Assembly: GCA_964493475.1 (NCBI GenBank)
Contig: CAZBNS010000001.1
Span: 9,099 to 73,098, forward strand
Source: an uncultured Rhizobiaceae bacterium
GTDB lineage: Bacteria > Pseudomonadota > Alphaproteobacteria > Rickettsiales > UBA1997
Reading direction: 5' to 3'
Length of the DNA: 64,000 bases
A model generated the notes under the pieces. The model was not told the origin of the DNA. It saw nothing but the letters and a program-made list of their open reading frames with translations, and ran no database searches. Numbering within the stretch: position 1 is the stretch's first letter; each line of letters begins with the position of its first letter. Shown here piece after piece: positions 47,861 through 58,000 of the stretch. The position numbers and the translations under genes were made by a program.

Positions 47861-49198
47861 ATGGCAAAGAGATTATTTTTTTTATTTTTATTATTTTTGT
47901 GTTCCAATTCTTTTGCTGAAGGAATTAATATTACGGACTTCAAACAAGAAATAGAATTTACTGATTTTGGCAGAAAAGTTAGCACGAATGTTAAAGCTAA
48001 GGTTGAATTGAAAAATAGAAATTATTATGCTAATGGATGGAGCTATATTTTTGATAAAAGCCAAAAAATTGAAATTTCGGAAGCTCAAGTTGTAAACAGA
48101 AAATACAAAAGCTCGTTTGGAAATAATGAATTAAAATTTGATTTTGATAAAGCTTTTAATGGAGATGTATTAGAATTTAGTTTTAAATACGTAGAGTTTA
48201 ATGATAATATTCTTGAATACAGCAGAAACGAGCATGTAATGTTGCCAAAGTTTGCAAGCAGTGCCAATGGAGAATTGAATATAGTTATTCCAGATAATTA
48301 TGTGATTTATTCTTTAAATCCAAAATTTAAGCAAAGCTATAATAAATATAGCTGGAGTGGGAAAATTTCAAACGACGGCTTATCTGATTTCTTTTATTTG
48401 ACTTTAGCAAGAGCAAAATGGAAAGTTGAGATTTTAACAGAAATTAAAAGCAATGGTAATTTTTCAAAAATTGACGTTAAGATACCTTTATACTTCAAAA
48501 ATGGAAACAATATAATAAATACTTACGATATAAAAACAAATTATGACAGTTATTTTGCTACCATTAAAGAGGATGAAAACAATATAAAGGTGGATTTTAA
48601 TAATATTAATGGATCCATCGTCCAGATTAAATTGGATGCTATTTTGGAGAATGATTTAAGCAATAGAGTTTGGATACAGTTGGATCCAAGTAAATACTTA
48701 AATATTGATGAAAGATTAGCCAGAGAATTAAACAATATTGTTTTTGAAGTCGGACAAAAACAGAATGAAACCCAAGAACCATTACATATAGCATTAGCAA
48801 AATGGGTAAATTCAAACATTACTTATGATGATTCTTATTACGGTAAAAAATTAACCACGAAAGAGATTTTAAATAGAGGTCGAGGTGTATGCGAACATTA
48901 TACAAAATTATATAATGACCTATTAAGAACAGCTGGAATTCCATCTGTTATGGTGGCAGGAATGAGTTATGACACAAAAGATAAAAAGTTTGAATCTCAT
49001 GCTTGGAATTTAGTTTATACAAATGGCGAATGGGTTTCAATAGACACAACTTGGGGATTATATTCTGGTATTTTGCCTATATCTCATATATTCTTTTATT
49101 TAGAAGATAGGGATGTAATTAATTATACGGTTTATAATGCTAGTATAGCTGATTTTAAGAGTGATATAAAGAAAAATATTGAGTTTTTGAAATATTAA
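47861..49198 (+). CDS. Secreted transglutaminase-like (cysteine protease fold) domain protein
   Basis: Has a signal peptide and a C-terminal GRGVCEHYTKLYNDLLRTAGIPS...SHAWN...IDTTW (Cys-His-Asp core). Confidence 0.7.
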   Translation: MAKRLFFLFLLFLCSNSFAEGINITDFKQEIEFTDFGRKVSTNVKAKVELKNRNYYANGWSYIFDKSQKIEISEAQVVNRKYKSSFGNNELKFDFDKAFNGDVLEFSFKYVEFNDNILEYSRNEHVMLPKFASSANGELNIVIPDNYVIYSLNPKFKQSYNKYSWSGKISNDGLSDFFYLTLARAKWKVEILTEIKSNGNFSKIDVKIPLYFKNGNNIINTYDIKTNYDSYFATIKEDENNIKVDFNNINGSIVQIKLDAILENDLSNRVWIQLDPSKYLNIDERLARELNNIVFEVGQKQNETQEPLHIALAKWVNSNITYDDSYYGKKLTTKEILNRGRGVCEHYTKLYNDLLRTAGIPSVMVAGMSYDTKDKKFESHAWNLVYTNGEWVSIDTTWGLYSGILPISHIFFYLEDRDVINYTVYNASIADFKSDIKKNIEFLKY

Positions 49199-49251
49199 AT
49201 AATAGTTTGGAATTTTTGCTATTTATAGAAAATATTAATAAAAATTTTGAA

Positions 49252-49289
49252 TAGCTCACCTCATCAACTCCGTTGACAAAGGGGAACTA
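49252..49289. repeat. Palindromic repeat element (copy 5, minimal hairpin)
   Basis: TAGCTCACCTCATCAACTCCGTTGACAAAGGGGAACTA. Confidence 0.5.
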
Positions 49290-49403
49290 TAACAAAAGCC
49301 GCACAAAAACCAACAAAACCATTAAAGACAAAAAACTATATAAAACTTCCGAATTTTGTTTTTATTGCTTTTTCCATTACTTCTTTTATAATATAGTCAT
49401 AGT

Positions 49404-49480
49404 GTACCCATAGCTCAACTGGATAGAGTATTCGGTTGCGAACTGAACGGTTAGGAGTTCAAGTCTCCTTGGGTACACCA
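49404..49480 (+). tRNA. tRNA-Arg (anticodon GCG as encoded)
   Basis: Hand-folded: acceptor GTACCCA/TGGGTAC, anticodon stem TTCGG/CTGAA, loop TTGCGAA, T loop TTCAAGT, encoded CCA, followed by a T-run. Confidence 0.85.
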
Positions 49481-49568
49481 TTTTTGTGATACAGTTCTAT
49501 TTTTCAACTTGGAATATTGTTATTGTCTTTTTTAATAAGATATGTTTTAATTAAAATAGCTAAGCCTA

Positions 49569-51119
49569 TTATAGAAAAAATCTTGACTCATAAACATCTG
49601 GCAAATCATTTTCCAGCAGAACAACATCTCCACTTTTTGTATTTTCCTGCATCCATTTCTTAGCCTCTTCAAAGCTTTCTAGCTTTATAAGCAAATTTTT
49701 CTTTTTTGCTGTTTTCTTAAATCCATCTATAAAACTTGGAATTCTATATGGGGCTACAACTATTGTAATATCAACACTTTCTCCAACATATTTTCCAATC
49801 TCAAAATGCTCTTCATCATGTTTTTTGCCTAATTCTACCATTCCCGGCGTTATAAGAATTGTTCTAGTTTTTTTAAGAGTATTTAATAAGTCAATTCCAG
49901 ATTTAAAACCGGTTGGATTTGAATTATAAGCGTCATCTATTATGGTTATGTCGTTTGCTGATTGTTTTACTTCAAGCCTATGTGTAATTTGCGGCAATGT
50001 TTTTAAAGTAATGGCTATTGTTGACATTGACATGCCTAATTCCAATGCCATTGTTATTGCTAATGCAATATTTTGAGCGTGATGTTCTCCAAAAATTTTT
50101 GCAAAAATCTGCGTTTCTTCTCCGTTTTTATGATAGGTAAAAAATAATCCTTCATTGGTTTGTTTGACATCAGAAATATAGATGTTTTGGTTATTTCCAA
50201 CTTGTATTAAACGCATTTTTTCCGGAATATGCTCTTTGTTAACTTGATTTGTATTCACAATAAGAATTCCATTGTTTTTTTCAACGCATTCGGCTAATTC
50301 AAACTTAGTTTCAGCTATTGTTTTTTGTGTTTTAAAATGTTCATAATGAGCTTCGCCGACCGCTGTTATTATACCATGTTTAGGATTTACAAAGTCGCAT
50401 AATTTCTTGATAGAACCCTTAAAGTAAGCCCCCATTTCAACTATAAAATACTTGTGTTGCATTTGTAATTTTTCCCTTACAACCTTGCATATTCCCATTT
50501 CTGTATTTACACTGCCTGGCGTCCATAAAACTGGTAAATTTCCAGATAATATATGAGCTAGAATGTGCTTTGTAGATGTTTTGCCGTAAGAGCCGGTAAT
50601 TCCTATAATTGTTGGCTGAAATTTTGCTAAAATGTCTTTTGCTTCATTTAGGTATTTTTTTTGAATTACATTTTCAATTGGTTTTAGCATGAGATTTGAT
50701 AAAATTAAAATCAAAGGCAACAATTCCAATGTTATCAAACACATTCCCACCCAAGGCCAAAAACTTAACAATGTTGAAACGCAAATCACTAAGAACATCG
50801 CAACTGAAAGAATTCTTTTTGCTCTGCTTGTTAGATTTAATTGTTTTTTTGCTTTTTTTAGAACCTTGTTTTCTAAAATAATAAAAATAATTAATATTGG
50901 AGCTAATAGGTAAATAACTATTGGATTTATAAGGCTAAATGCCCATATTAGTATTATTAAAAAAGCTAATTTTTTATCTACTAATTTAAAATTTTTAAAA
51001 ATTAGAGATAAAAACCATTTTCCTCTGTATTCTTCTTGTTGGAAAAAAAGCATTAGAACCTTAAGTCTAAAAAATGAGAAAATAATAATTGATAGAGCGC
51101 AAAAAATTTGAATAATCAT
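49569..51119 (-). CDS. MurF-like Mur ligase with an N-terminal multi-TM domain
   Basis: Central and C-terminal Mur ligase motifs are present (GITGSYGKTSTK, NTEMG, VEMGA, DDAYNSNP). The first ~150 aa are 4-5 hydrophobic helices in place of the canonical MurF N-domain. Confidence 0.7.
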   Translation of the reverse strand: MIIQIFCALSIIIFSFFRLKVLMLFFQQEEYRGKWFLSLIFKNFKLVDKKLAFLIILIWAFSLINPIVIYLLAPILIIFIILENKVLKKAKKQLNLTSRAKRILSVAMFLVICVSTLLSFWPWVGMCLITLELLPLILILSNLMLKPIENVIQKKYLNEAKDILAKFQPTIIGITGSYGKTSTKHILAHILSGNLPVLWTPGSVNTEMGICKVVREKLQMQHKYFIVEMGAYFKGSIKKLCDFVNPKHGIITAVGEAHYEHFKTQKTIAETKFELAECVEKNNGILIVNTNQVNKEHIPEKMRLIQVGNNQNIYISDVKQTNEGLFFTYHKNGEETQIFAKIFGEHHAQNIALAITMALELGMSMSTIAITLKTLPQITHRLEVKQSANDITIIDDAYNSNPTGFKSGIDLLNTLKKTRTILITPGMVELGKKHDEEHFEIGKYVGESVDITIVVAPYRIPSFIDGFKKTAKKKNLLIKLESFEEAKKWMQENTKSGDVVLLENDLPDVYESRFFL

Positions 51120-51844
51120 TTGAAATTCTCCTGAATAAAGTTTTTAATTAAATATTGAGTTTGTTTATTGTTTTCGATTAGCAAAGAGTAATGATTTGCA
51201 TTTGGCAAAACAAATAGTTTTGAATTTTTTATATTGTGATTATAAATTTCTCCAAAATATGCGGGAGCTGCCGTATCTTTTTCTCCATAAATTAAAATTG
51301 TAGGGCATTGAATATTTTTTGATGTTTCATCCAAGTTTTCCGAAATTGTTTTTTTAAAAATTTCTTTCATTATTCCATTTATATTTTTGTAATCGCTGCT
51401 GCCGAATTTTAATTTTGTTATAAATGGAAAAATTTTTTTTACAAATGGTGAAAAAATTTCAACTAATTTTATATAAGTCTTGAAAATTATTCCTCTTTTA
51501 TAAGGCAAGCCTGCTCCAGCTATTAGAACAAGACCATTTATTTCGTTTGGAAAATTAGCCGCAAGCTGAACCCCAATTCTTCCTCCAAATGAATGTCCTA
51601 TGATTATTGTTTTTTTTGGCGGTAAAGTTTTTATAAATTTTAATACATCTTCCGCATAATCTTTTGTAGTCCAAGCTTTGTCTGGAATGGCTGTTTCGCC
51701 AAAACCAGCCAAGTCTAAAAGATAACTTTCATATTGAGGAAAGAGATTTGCCAATGCCAATAAATTTATATGAGTATTTCCCCATCCATGTAGCCATATT
51801 AATCTTACGTTGCTATTTTCATTTGCCAAATATCTATGGAACAC
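51116..51844 (-). CDS. Alpha/beta hydrolase
   Basis: Has a GHSFGG nucleophile elbow and an HGWG oxyanion-type motif. It overlaps the downstream Mur ligase gene by 4 nt. Confidence 0.75.
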   Translation of the reverse strand: MFHRYLANENSNVRLIWLHGWGNTHINLLALANLFPQYESYLLDLAGFGETAIPDKAWTTKDYAEDVLKFIKTLPPKKTIIIGHSFGGRIGVQLAANFPNEINGLVLIAGAGLPYKRGIIFKTYIKLVEIFSPFVKKIFPFITKLKFGSSDYKNINGIMKEIFKKTISENLDETSKNIQCPTILIYGEKDTAAPAYFGEIYNHNIKNSKLFVLPNANHYSLLIENNKQTQYLIKNFIQENFK

Positions 51845-51852
51845 TGTCTCAC

Positions 51853-53052
51853 CTAAAATATTTTACTCTCTGTTAAGACAACGGACTGTCTTTTCAATTT
51901 AGCTTTAGTTTCTGCTTCCTCAAGAAGTGCATTTAACAATTCCGTATAATTTTTTGAAGGCTCTCCAGCTTCCCATAAATAAAAAGCAAACGATCCCGGT
52001 AGTGGATTTACCTCGCATAGATATATTTCTCTAGTTTTGCTGTTGCATAAAAAGTCTATTCTTGGATCTCCATTTCCGCCAACTGTATCAAATAAATTCT
52101 TAGCCCAAGTTTGAATATTTTTTGCTTCTTCTGCGGTTAATTCTTTCGGGTTATATTCTCTTGTCATAGAAAGCATACCACTTCTGTTTGAAGTCATAGC
52201 AAGTTTTGTTCCGCCAGTTTTTGCTCCACCTTTATTATCACCAGATTTGTATTTTTCATTAAATCCTAAAATAGTATTATTTTTCTTTGACGGCCTTTCA
52301 ATAACTGATACTTTTGTTTCACCAAAAGCTTTTGAAACGGAAATATTATATTCTTCAAGATTTTCAACAAACGGTTCCAATAATGCATCATCACCCAACG
52401 CAAAAACTTGCAATATAGCTGCCGCAAGCTCATCTTTATTTGTAGCTCTTTTAACTCCAACACTGCTGCCCAATGAGTTTGGCTTTACAATTACTGGAAG
52501 AGGTAGTTTTATACTATCAACTATTTTTTCTATATCAAAAAAGTTTTTATTTTCTGGTTTTCTTACTATTTCTTCCGCCAAAACTGGAATGCCCAAAGTT
52601 TTAGCAATTCTTTTTGTCATGCTTTTATCCATAAATATTGCCGAAGCTTCTGGATTAGAGCCTGTATAGGCAATATTAGCTGTTTCGCATAATCCTTGAA
52701 AAAATCCAGTTTCGCCATAATCGCCATGAAACGCCAAAAAAGCTATATCAAAATAGATTTTTTTCCTTCTGCCAAAAAAGCATTTTTTTTCGCTTTTTAA
52801 ATAACTTTTATTATCGCCAATAACAAATTTTGTCTTTCTTAACTCTTGTTTTACATAATCGTTTAATGGATATGAATTTTTATCTAATAATTCTTCGCCA
52901 GTCCACCAATTATTCTCCAAATCAATATAAACTGGAAATACATCGTATTGTGTTGAATCTATTGTAGCACAAACTTCTAAGCCTGTTAAAATACTTACAT
53001 CATGTTCAAATGATCTTCCACCAAAAAAAACCCCAACTTTTTTCTTTTGCAT
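51853..53052 (-). CDS. ddl: D-alanine--D-alanine ligase family ATP-grasp enzyme (long form)
   Basis: Contains GVFFGGRSFEHDVS, VIVKPNSLGSSVGV and EVNPLPG. An unusual ~30-aa Gly/Lys/Thr-rich insertion (KYKSGDNKGGAKTGGTKLAMTSNRSG) sits at the omega-loop position. Confidence 0.8.
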   Translation of the reverse strand: MQKKKVGVFFGGRSFEHDVSILTGLEVCATIDSTQYDVFPVYIDLENNWWTGEELLDKNSYPLNDYVKQELRKTKFVIGDNKSYLKSEKKCFFGRRKKIYFDIAFLAFHGDYGETGFFQGLCETANIAYTGSNPEASAIFMDKSMTKRIAKTLGIPVLAEEIVRKPENKNFFDIEKIVDSIKLPLPVIVKPNSLGSSVGVKRATNKDELAAAILQVFALGDDALLEPFVENLEEYNISVSKAFGETKVSVIERPSKKNNTILGFNEKYKSGDNKGGAKTGGTKLAMTSNRSGMLSMTREYNPKELTAEEAKNIQTWAKNLFDTVGGNGDPRIDFLCNSKTREIYLCEVNPLPGSFAFYLWEAGEPSKNYTELLNALLEEAETKAKLKRQSVVLTESKIF

Positions 53053-53338
53053 TTATTTTCCTTATTATTTAATAAAGTTTCTAAAAACATATCAATTTTA
53101 TTTTATTTTTCAAGGAAAATTGAAAATGATTTTACTGATTATACACTTTCACACTTTTCATTGTAGATTTAGTATTTTCCCAAGGAACAAACGATTGGAA
53201 ATAAAAATTAGAAATATCAATTCCATTTAGCAGCATGTTATTATCGTGCTAATAATTACCATTTAATATAATAAATTAACTTGTATTTTAATCAATAATC
53301 ATGTATACGATAACTAGAAACAAAAATAAATCATTACT

Positions 53339-54127
53339 ATGCGAGTTATAATAAAGGAAAATTATGAAAAATGCGCCTCATGGACTGCAAATCATATAGT
53401 TGAAACAATAAATAATTTTAACCCGACAAACAACAGACAATTTGTTTTAGGGCTGCCGACTGGATCTACACCGTTGGGAATTTATAAAGAATTAATAAAA
53501 ATGTATAGAGATAAACTGGTGTCGTTTGAAAATGTTATAACTTTTAATATGGATGAATATATAGGATTAGAAGAAGATAATATTAACAGTTATCATTATT
53601 TTATGTGGAACAATTTTTTTAAATTTATAAATATTAAAAAAGAAAATGTTAATATTTTAAATGGCATGGCAAAAGATTTGGAGTTGGAATGTCAAAATTA
53701 TGAGAACAAAATTAAAAGTTGCGGCGGCATTAACTTATTTTTAGGTGGTGTTGGTGTTGACGGACATATAGCTTTTAATGAGCCATATTCATCTTTATCA
53801 TCAAGAACCAGAATTAAAACATTAAATAAAATAACTCTGCGAGACAATTCTAGATTTTTTAATAACGATATAAGCCTTACTCCAAAGACAGCTCTAACTG
53901 TTGGCGTAGGAACTATACTGGATTCCAATGAGGTAATTATAGTTGCAACCGGTATGCATAAATCAAAAGCAATTCAAGATGTTGTAGAAGGAGTTATCAC
54001 GCATACCTCAACAATAACAGCATTACAACTGCATAAAAAAGCAATTATTGTATGCGACGAAGATGCAACAAATGAACTAAAAGTTAAAACTGTAAGATAT
54101 TTTAAAGATCTTGAAAAAGATAATTAA
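53339..54127 (+). CDS. nagB: Glucosamine-6-phosphate deaminase
   Basis: Contains LGLPTGSTP, FNMDEY and GVGVDGHIAFNEP motifs. Confidence 0.9.
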   Translation: MRVIIKENYEKCASWTANHIVETINNFNPTNNRQFVLGLPTGSTPLGIYKELIKMYRDKLVSFENVITFNMDEYIGLEEDNINSYHYFMWNNFFKFINIKKENVNILNGMAKDLELECQNYENKIKSCGGINLFLGGVGVDGHIAFNEPYSSLSSRTRIKTLNKITLRDNSRFFNNDISLTPKTALTVGVGTILDSNEVIIVATGMHKSKAIQDVVEGVITHTSTITALQLHKKAIIVCDEDATNELKVKTVRYFKDLEKDN

Positions 54128-54259
54128 TACTCTTAATAAAAGTTTTTTATTTTTATAACCAAGCATAATAAATAACTCAACATGTTGTGGGGGGGCGTGA
54201 TAAAAATAATGAGATTAATTTTTATCATTAACAAATAAGATAATAAAACTAATAATCAA

Positions 54260-54288
54260 ATTGCCTACGGGCAAAGTGATGGTTTCAA
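54260..54288 (+). repeat. Orphan copy of the 5' hairpin segment of the duplicated structured RNA
   Basis: ATTGCCTACGGGCAAAGTGATGGTTTCAA matches ATTGCCTACGGGCAAAGTTGA(G/C)GGCTTCAA at the start of both RNA copies. Confidence 0.45.
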
Positions 54289-54327
54289 TGTATTTGTCAA
54301 CGATAAAGTTATATATAATATTATAAA

Positions 54328-54402
54328 TAGCCCCCCTTTGTCAACTCCGCTGACATTTCCTCTCAAGAGAGGAAATGTCGCAACACGACAAAGGGGAGCT
54401 GC
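54328..54402. repeat. Palindromic repeat element (copy 6, medium form)
   Basis: TAGCCCCCCTTTGTCAACTCCGCTGACATTTCCTCTCAAGAGAGGAAATGTCGCAACACGACAAAGGGGAGCTGC. Confidence 0.7.
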
Positions 54403-54432
54403 TAAAAAGAATGCAAATAAATAAGGTTATAA

Positions 54433-54720
54433 TTATTTTCTACTAATTCTCTCAATCAAACATTCCATTCTCTGCACTTTTCTTTCTTCACTATACTTAA
54501 TTCTTGCGTTTTTCAATATGCAAGTAATCGCATATCTTAACTCAATTATATCAGCCCTACTTTCCAATTTATTATTTACAAAATAAAGAATAATTTCTTT
54601 ATATACATTAAATAACTGCAAATCAATATCATGATTTTCTTTTAACTTATTTTGGAACTTGTCTTCTTTTTCCAAAAGATATATTTTTTTAAGCAAATCA
54701 TTTTTCATCAGTTCGTCCAT
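54433..54720 (-). CDS. Small helical protein, paralog A (95 aa from the second ATG)
   Basis: Paralog of 61149..61430. The second in-frame ATG (54720) has GAGG 6 nt upstream. No recognisable domain. Confidence 0.55.
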   Translation of the reverse strand: MDELMKNDLLKKIYLLEKEDKFQNKLKENHDIDLQLFNVYKEIILYFVNNKLESRADIIELRYAITCILKNARIKYSEERKVQRMECLIERISRK

Positions 54721-54741
54721 TTTAGACCTCATTTTTTAATT

Positions 54742-54940
54742 AATAAAAATCGCACTGTCAAATAATTGAAAAGTGCGGAGGTTCAAAAAACTGATACGAT
54801 CAGCCCTTACAGCCTTTTAGACTATAAATAGCCCATTATAACCGCAAGCCTCCGCTGCATCATTAGATGCAACAAAAGCCTGCAGACTAAATTTAATCGT
54901 ATTTGGGTTTTTGAAGCCCTCAACTTTGCCCGTAGGCAAT
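54742..54940 (-). ncRNA. Candidate structured RNA / cis-regulatory leader, copy A
   Basis: It runs from about 7 nt after the promoter to the intrinsic terminator (CGCACT...AGTGCG + U-run at 54742-54777). It is ~85-90% identical (by eye) to copy B, with structure-preserving differences in three hairpins. Confidence 0.5.
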
Positions 54941-54944
54941 TTAA

Positions 54945-54972
54945 GTATTGCATAAGGTAAATTATTTTGCAA
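54945..54972 (-). promoter_or_regulatory. Promoter of RNA copy A
   Basis: TTGCAA (54967-72), 16 nt, CAATAC(T) (54945-50), the same geometry as copy B. Confidence 0.45.
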
Positions 54973-55068
54973 GAAATTTTGTCATATTAAAATTTAATAT
55001 CATTGCAAAAGCTTTGTTTTTGTGAACCACTAGCATAGCTAGTAGTTATGTAAGGAGGTATCGGATAT

Positions 55069-58000
55069 CTACTCCACCCTCTCCACTCCCATCGTCTCCA
55101 CAATCCTCTTTTTTTCCAGCGGATAAATCTGATATCCCTCGCCTAAATCCATCAAAGTCTCTTTCTCGCTGCCTGTAATATGCAAAATAATTTTCGTCCA
55201 AGTTTTTGCGCCATCTTTTTTGCTGTTATTTATAATTTTAGCCAAGTCCTTTAGCGGAGCTTGATTTTTTATATATATGTCAATCTTTTCAATAATCTTA
55301 ATTGATTCCGCCATTTTTTGTGCTACAATCGGATCATCGGTTATTTTTTTCTCTTCTTTCTTTTTATAAAAATTATTTTCCCCATTCTGTTGCCATGGCT
55401 TTTTTTCACCGTTCCATTCTCGTTTTGGTTGTCTATGAACTATTTTTGGCAATGAGTTAGGTTTTGTGTTCTTTATAAAATCCTGCAGCAACTGAAAATC
55501 ATTGACAATCGCTCTAAATCCGCCGTCATCTTTTTTAACCATGCAATCAAATTCAAGTTGTAAATGCTCTTTATCATCAAGCCAATCTTTGTGGGCTATA
55601 ATTAAATCATTGTTAAAAATAGCAACTTCAATCATGCCTTTGGCGTCAGAAACACTAACGAAGGCATATCTTCCCCTTGCGCTTGATTTTATGCTTGTGG
55701 AAATTACAACGCCAGCTACTCTAATCTTATCGCCGTCAATAATAGCGTCAGTGTCTAATTCGTTTGAATAGGTTATTCCCCTTTCGTCAAGGGCTTTTTT
55801 TAGGGAATCAAGAGGATGTCCTGCTAAATAAAAGCCAAATGCTTCAAACTCTTTTTGGTATCGCTCAACTCCAAACCAGTCGTCAGTTCTTGCTAAAATT
55901 GGCTTTGTGTTGTTTAATACATCTATTCCGCCAAATAATGATAATTGTGTGCTATTCTTTTCTTCGTTAAAACTCACACAATATTTGCTTAAGACTTCGC
56001 AAGAATCATGAATTTGTTTTCTGTTGGAATGAATATTGTCAAATGCTCCAGCTTTTGCTAATGCTTCCATAGTTTTTTTGTTTATAACTTTTCCGCTCAT
56101 TCTTTCAACAAAATCAAATATGTTCTTAAAATCGCCGTTTTTTTCTCTTTCGGCAACGATTTCATCTCCAACATTTTCTCCAACACCTTTTATACCGGAA
56201 AAACCATAGCGGACGGCAAGCTCTTTGTCTTCATGATATTTCTTGGCATTTTTATAAATTATATCTGGATTTTTTGCAGACAAGCTGTCTATTGGACCCA
56301 TCTCAACTTTAAATAAAGTTTCAGATTTATTTATATCTGGTGGCAAAATTTTAATTCCGTGAGCCCTTAAATCTGCCAAATAAAAATTCGTTTTATCGCT
56401 ATCCGCAATATCCATATTTGTTGAAGAAATCAAATATTCAACCGGATAGTAATGTTTTAAATAAGCTGTTTGATAGCTAATAACCGCATAAGCAGCGGCG
56501 TGTGCTTTATTAAATCCGTATTCAGCAAATTTTGCCAATAAGTCAAATATTTTATTGCCTAAATCTGCGTCAATACCGCTAAATTTTTCGGCACCTTCAA
56601 CGAACACATCTCTTTGCTTATCCATTTCTTCTTTGATTTTTTTACCCATGGCTCTTCTAAGCAAATCAGCGCCACCTAAGGTATATCCAGCAAGTGATTT
56701 AGCTATATTCATAACCTGCTCTTGATAGATTATAATTCCATAAGTATCTTTTAGAATTGGCTCCATTTTTGGATGCAAATATTCAATTTTCTCTAAGCCG
56801 TGTTTTCTTTTAATATATGTTGGAATGCTGTCCATAGGCCCCGGTCTATATAAAGACACCAAAGCTATAATATCTTCAATATTATCGGGTTTTATCTGTT
56901 TTAACATTGATTTCATTCCGCTGGATTCCACTTGAAACACGCCAAGCGAATCACCTTCAACGAGCATATTATAAACCCCTTTGTCGTCCAATGGAATATT
57001 GTCAATGTCAATTTTGATACCCCTTTCTTCTATAAAATCCAAGGCGTCTTTAATAATTGTAAGAGTTTTTAGTCCTAAAAAATCAAACTTAACAAGCCCA
57101 ACTTTTTCAGCATATTTCATAGAATATTGAACTACAGGCATTGAGCCTTCAACTCCATCAGAATATAAGGCGCAAATTTTTTGAATTGGCTTGTCTCCAA
57201 TGACAACACCGGCAGCATGCACTGATGAGTGTCTATTTAATCCTTCAAGCTCAAGTGCGATGCTTATCAACTCTCCAATCTGCGGATCTTTTTGTTGTTG
57301 CATTCTTAAGTCCTCGTCTTGTTCTAAGGCTTCCTCAAGAGTAGCATTCATTGGTATCATCTTGCTAATTTTATCAACATCACCATAAGACATTTGAAGC
57401 ACTCTGCCAACATCTTTTATAACCATTTTTGATTGCAGCTTACCAAAAGTTATAATCTGTGCAACCATATCATATCCATATTTTTCTTGCACATACTTAA
57501 TTGAGCGTTCCCTTCCTCTCTGGCAAAAATCAACGTCAAAATCAGGCATTGAAACCCTTTCAGGATTTAAAAATCTTTCAAAAAACAATTTAAACTTTAT
57601 TGGGTCTAAATCGGTAATTTTCATAGACCAAGCAACAACAGAACCAGCTCCAGATCCCCTACCAGGCCCTATCGGAACATCATGAGTTTTACTCCAAACT
57701 ATAAAGTCTGCAACAATCAAAAAATAGCCCGGAAAGTCCATCTTAGTAATAACATCAAGCTCAAATTCCAATTGATTAAAATACTCGTCATAAATCCTCT
57801 TTTTCTCCTCTTCATCAGTAATTTTTTCATTGACATATTTCTGCTTCAACCTTTCTTCAAGCCCTTTAATACTTATTTCCCTCATAGCTTGAGCCTCCGT
57901 CATACCTTCGGGCAATTGAAAATGCGGCAAAGTTGGCTTCCTTGAATAAGCCATTGTAGAAATTCTTTTTGCAATAACAACAGTATTTTCAATAGCTTCA

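Noticed and set aside
54742-54940. Possibility that the duplicated RNA is a known housekeeping RNA (two-piece tmRNA, 6S, SRP, RNase P) or a common riboswitch (purine, SAM-II, c-di-GMP, glycine, TPP, fluoride)
   Set aside because: None of the signature sequences I know for these classes is present, such as a tag-peptide reading frame, the GGUGCUGUUUACCAGGUCAGGUCCGGAAGGAAGCAGCC-type SRP core, the CUGAGA/ACCUGA TPP core, or purine junctions. This is a by-eye exclusion only, and an Rfam scan is still required.
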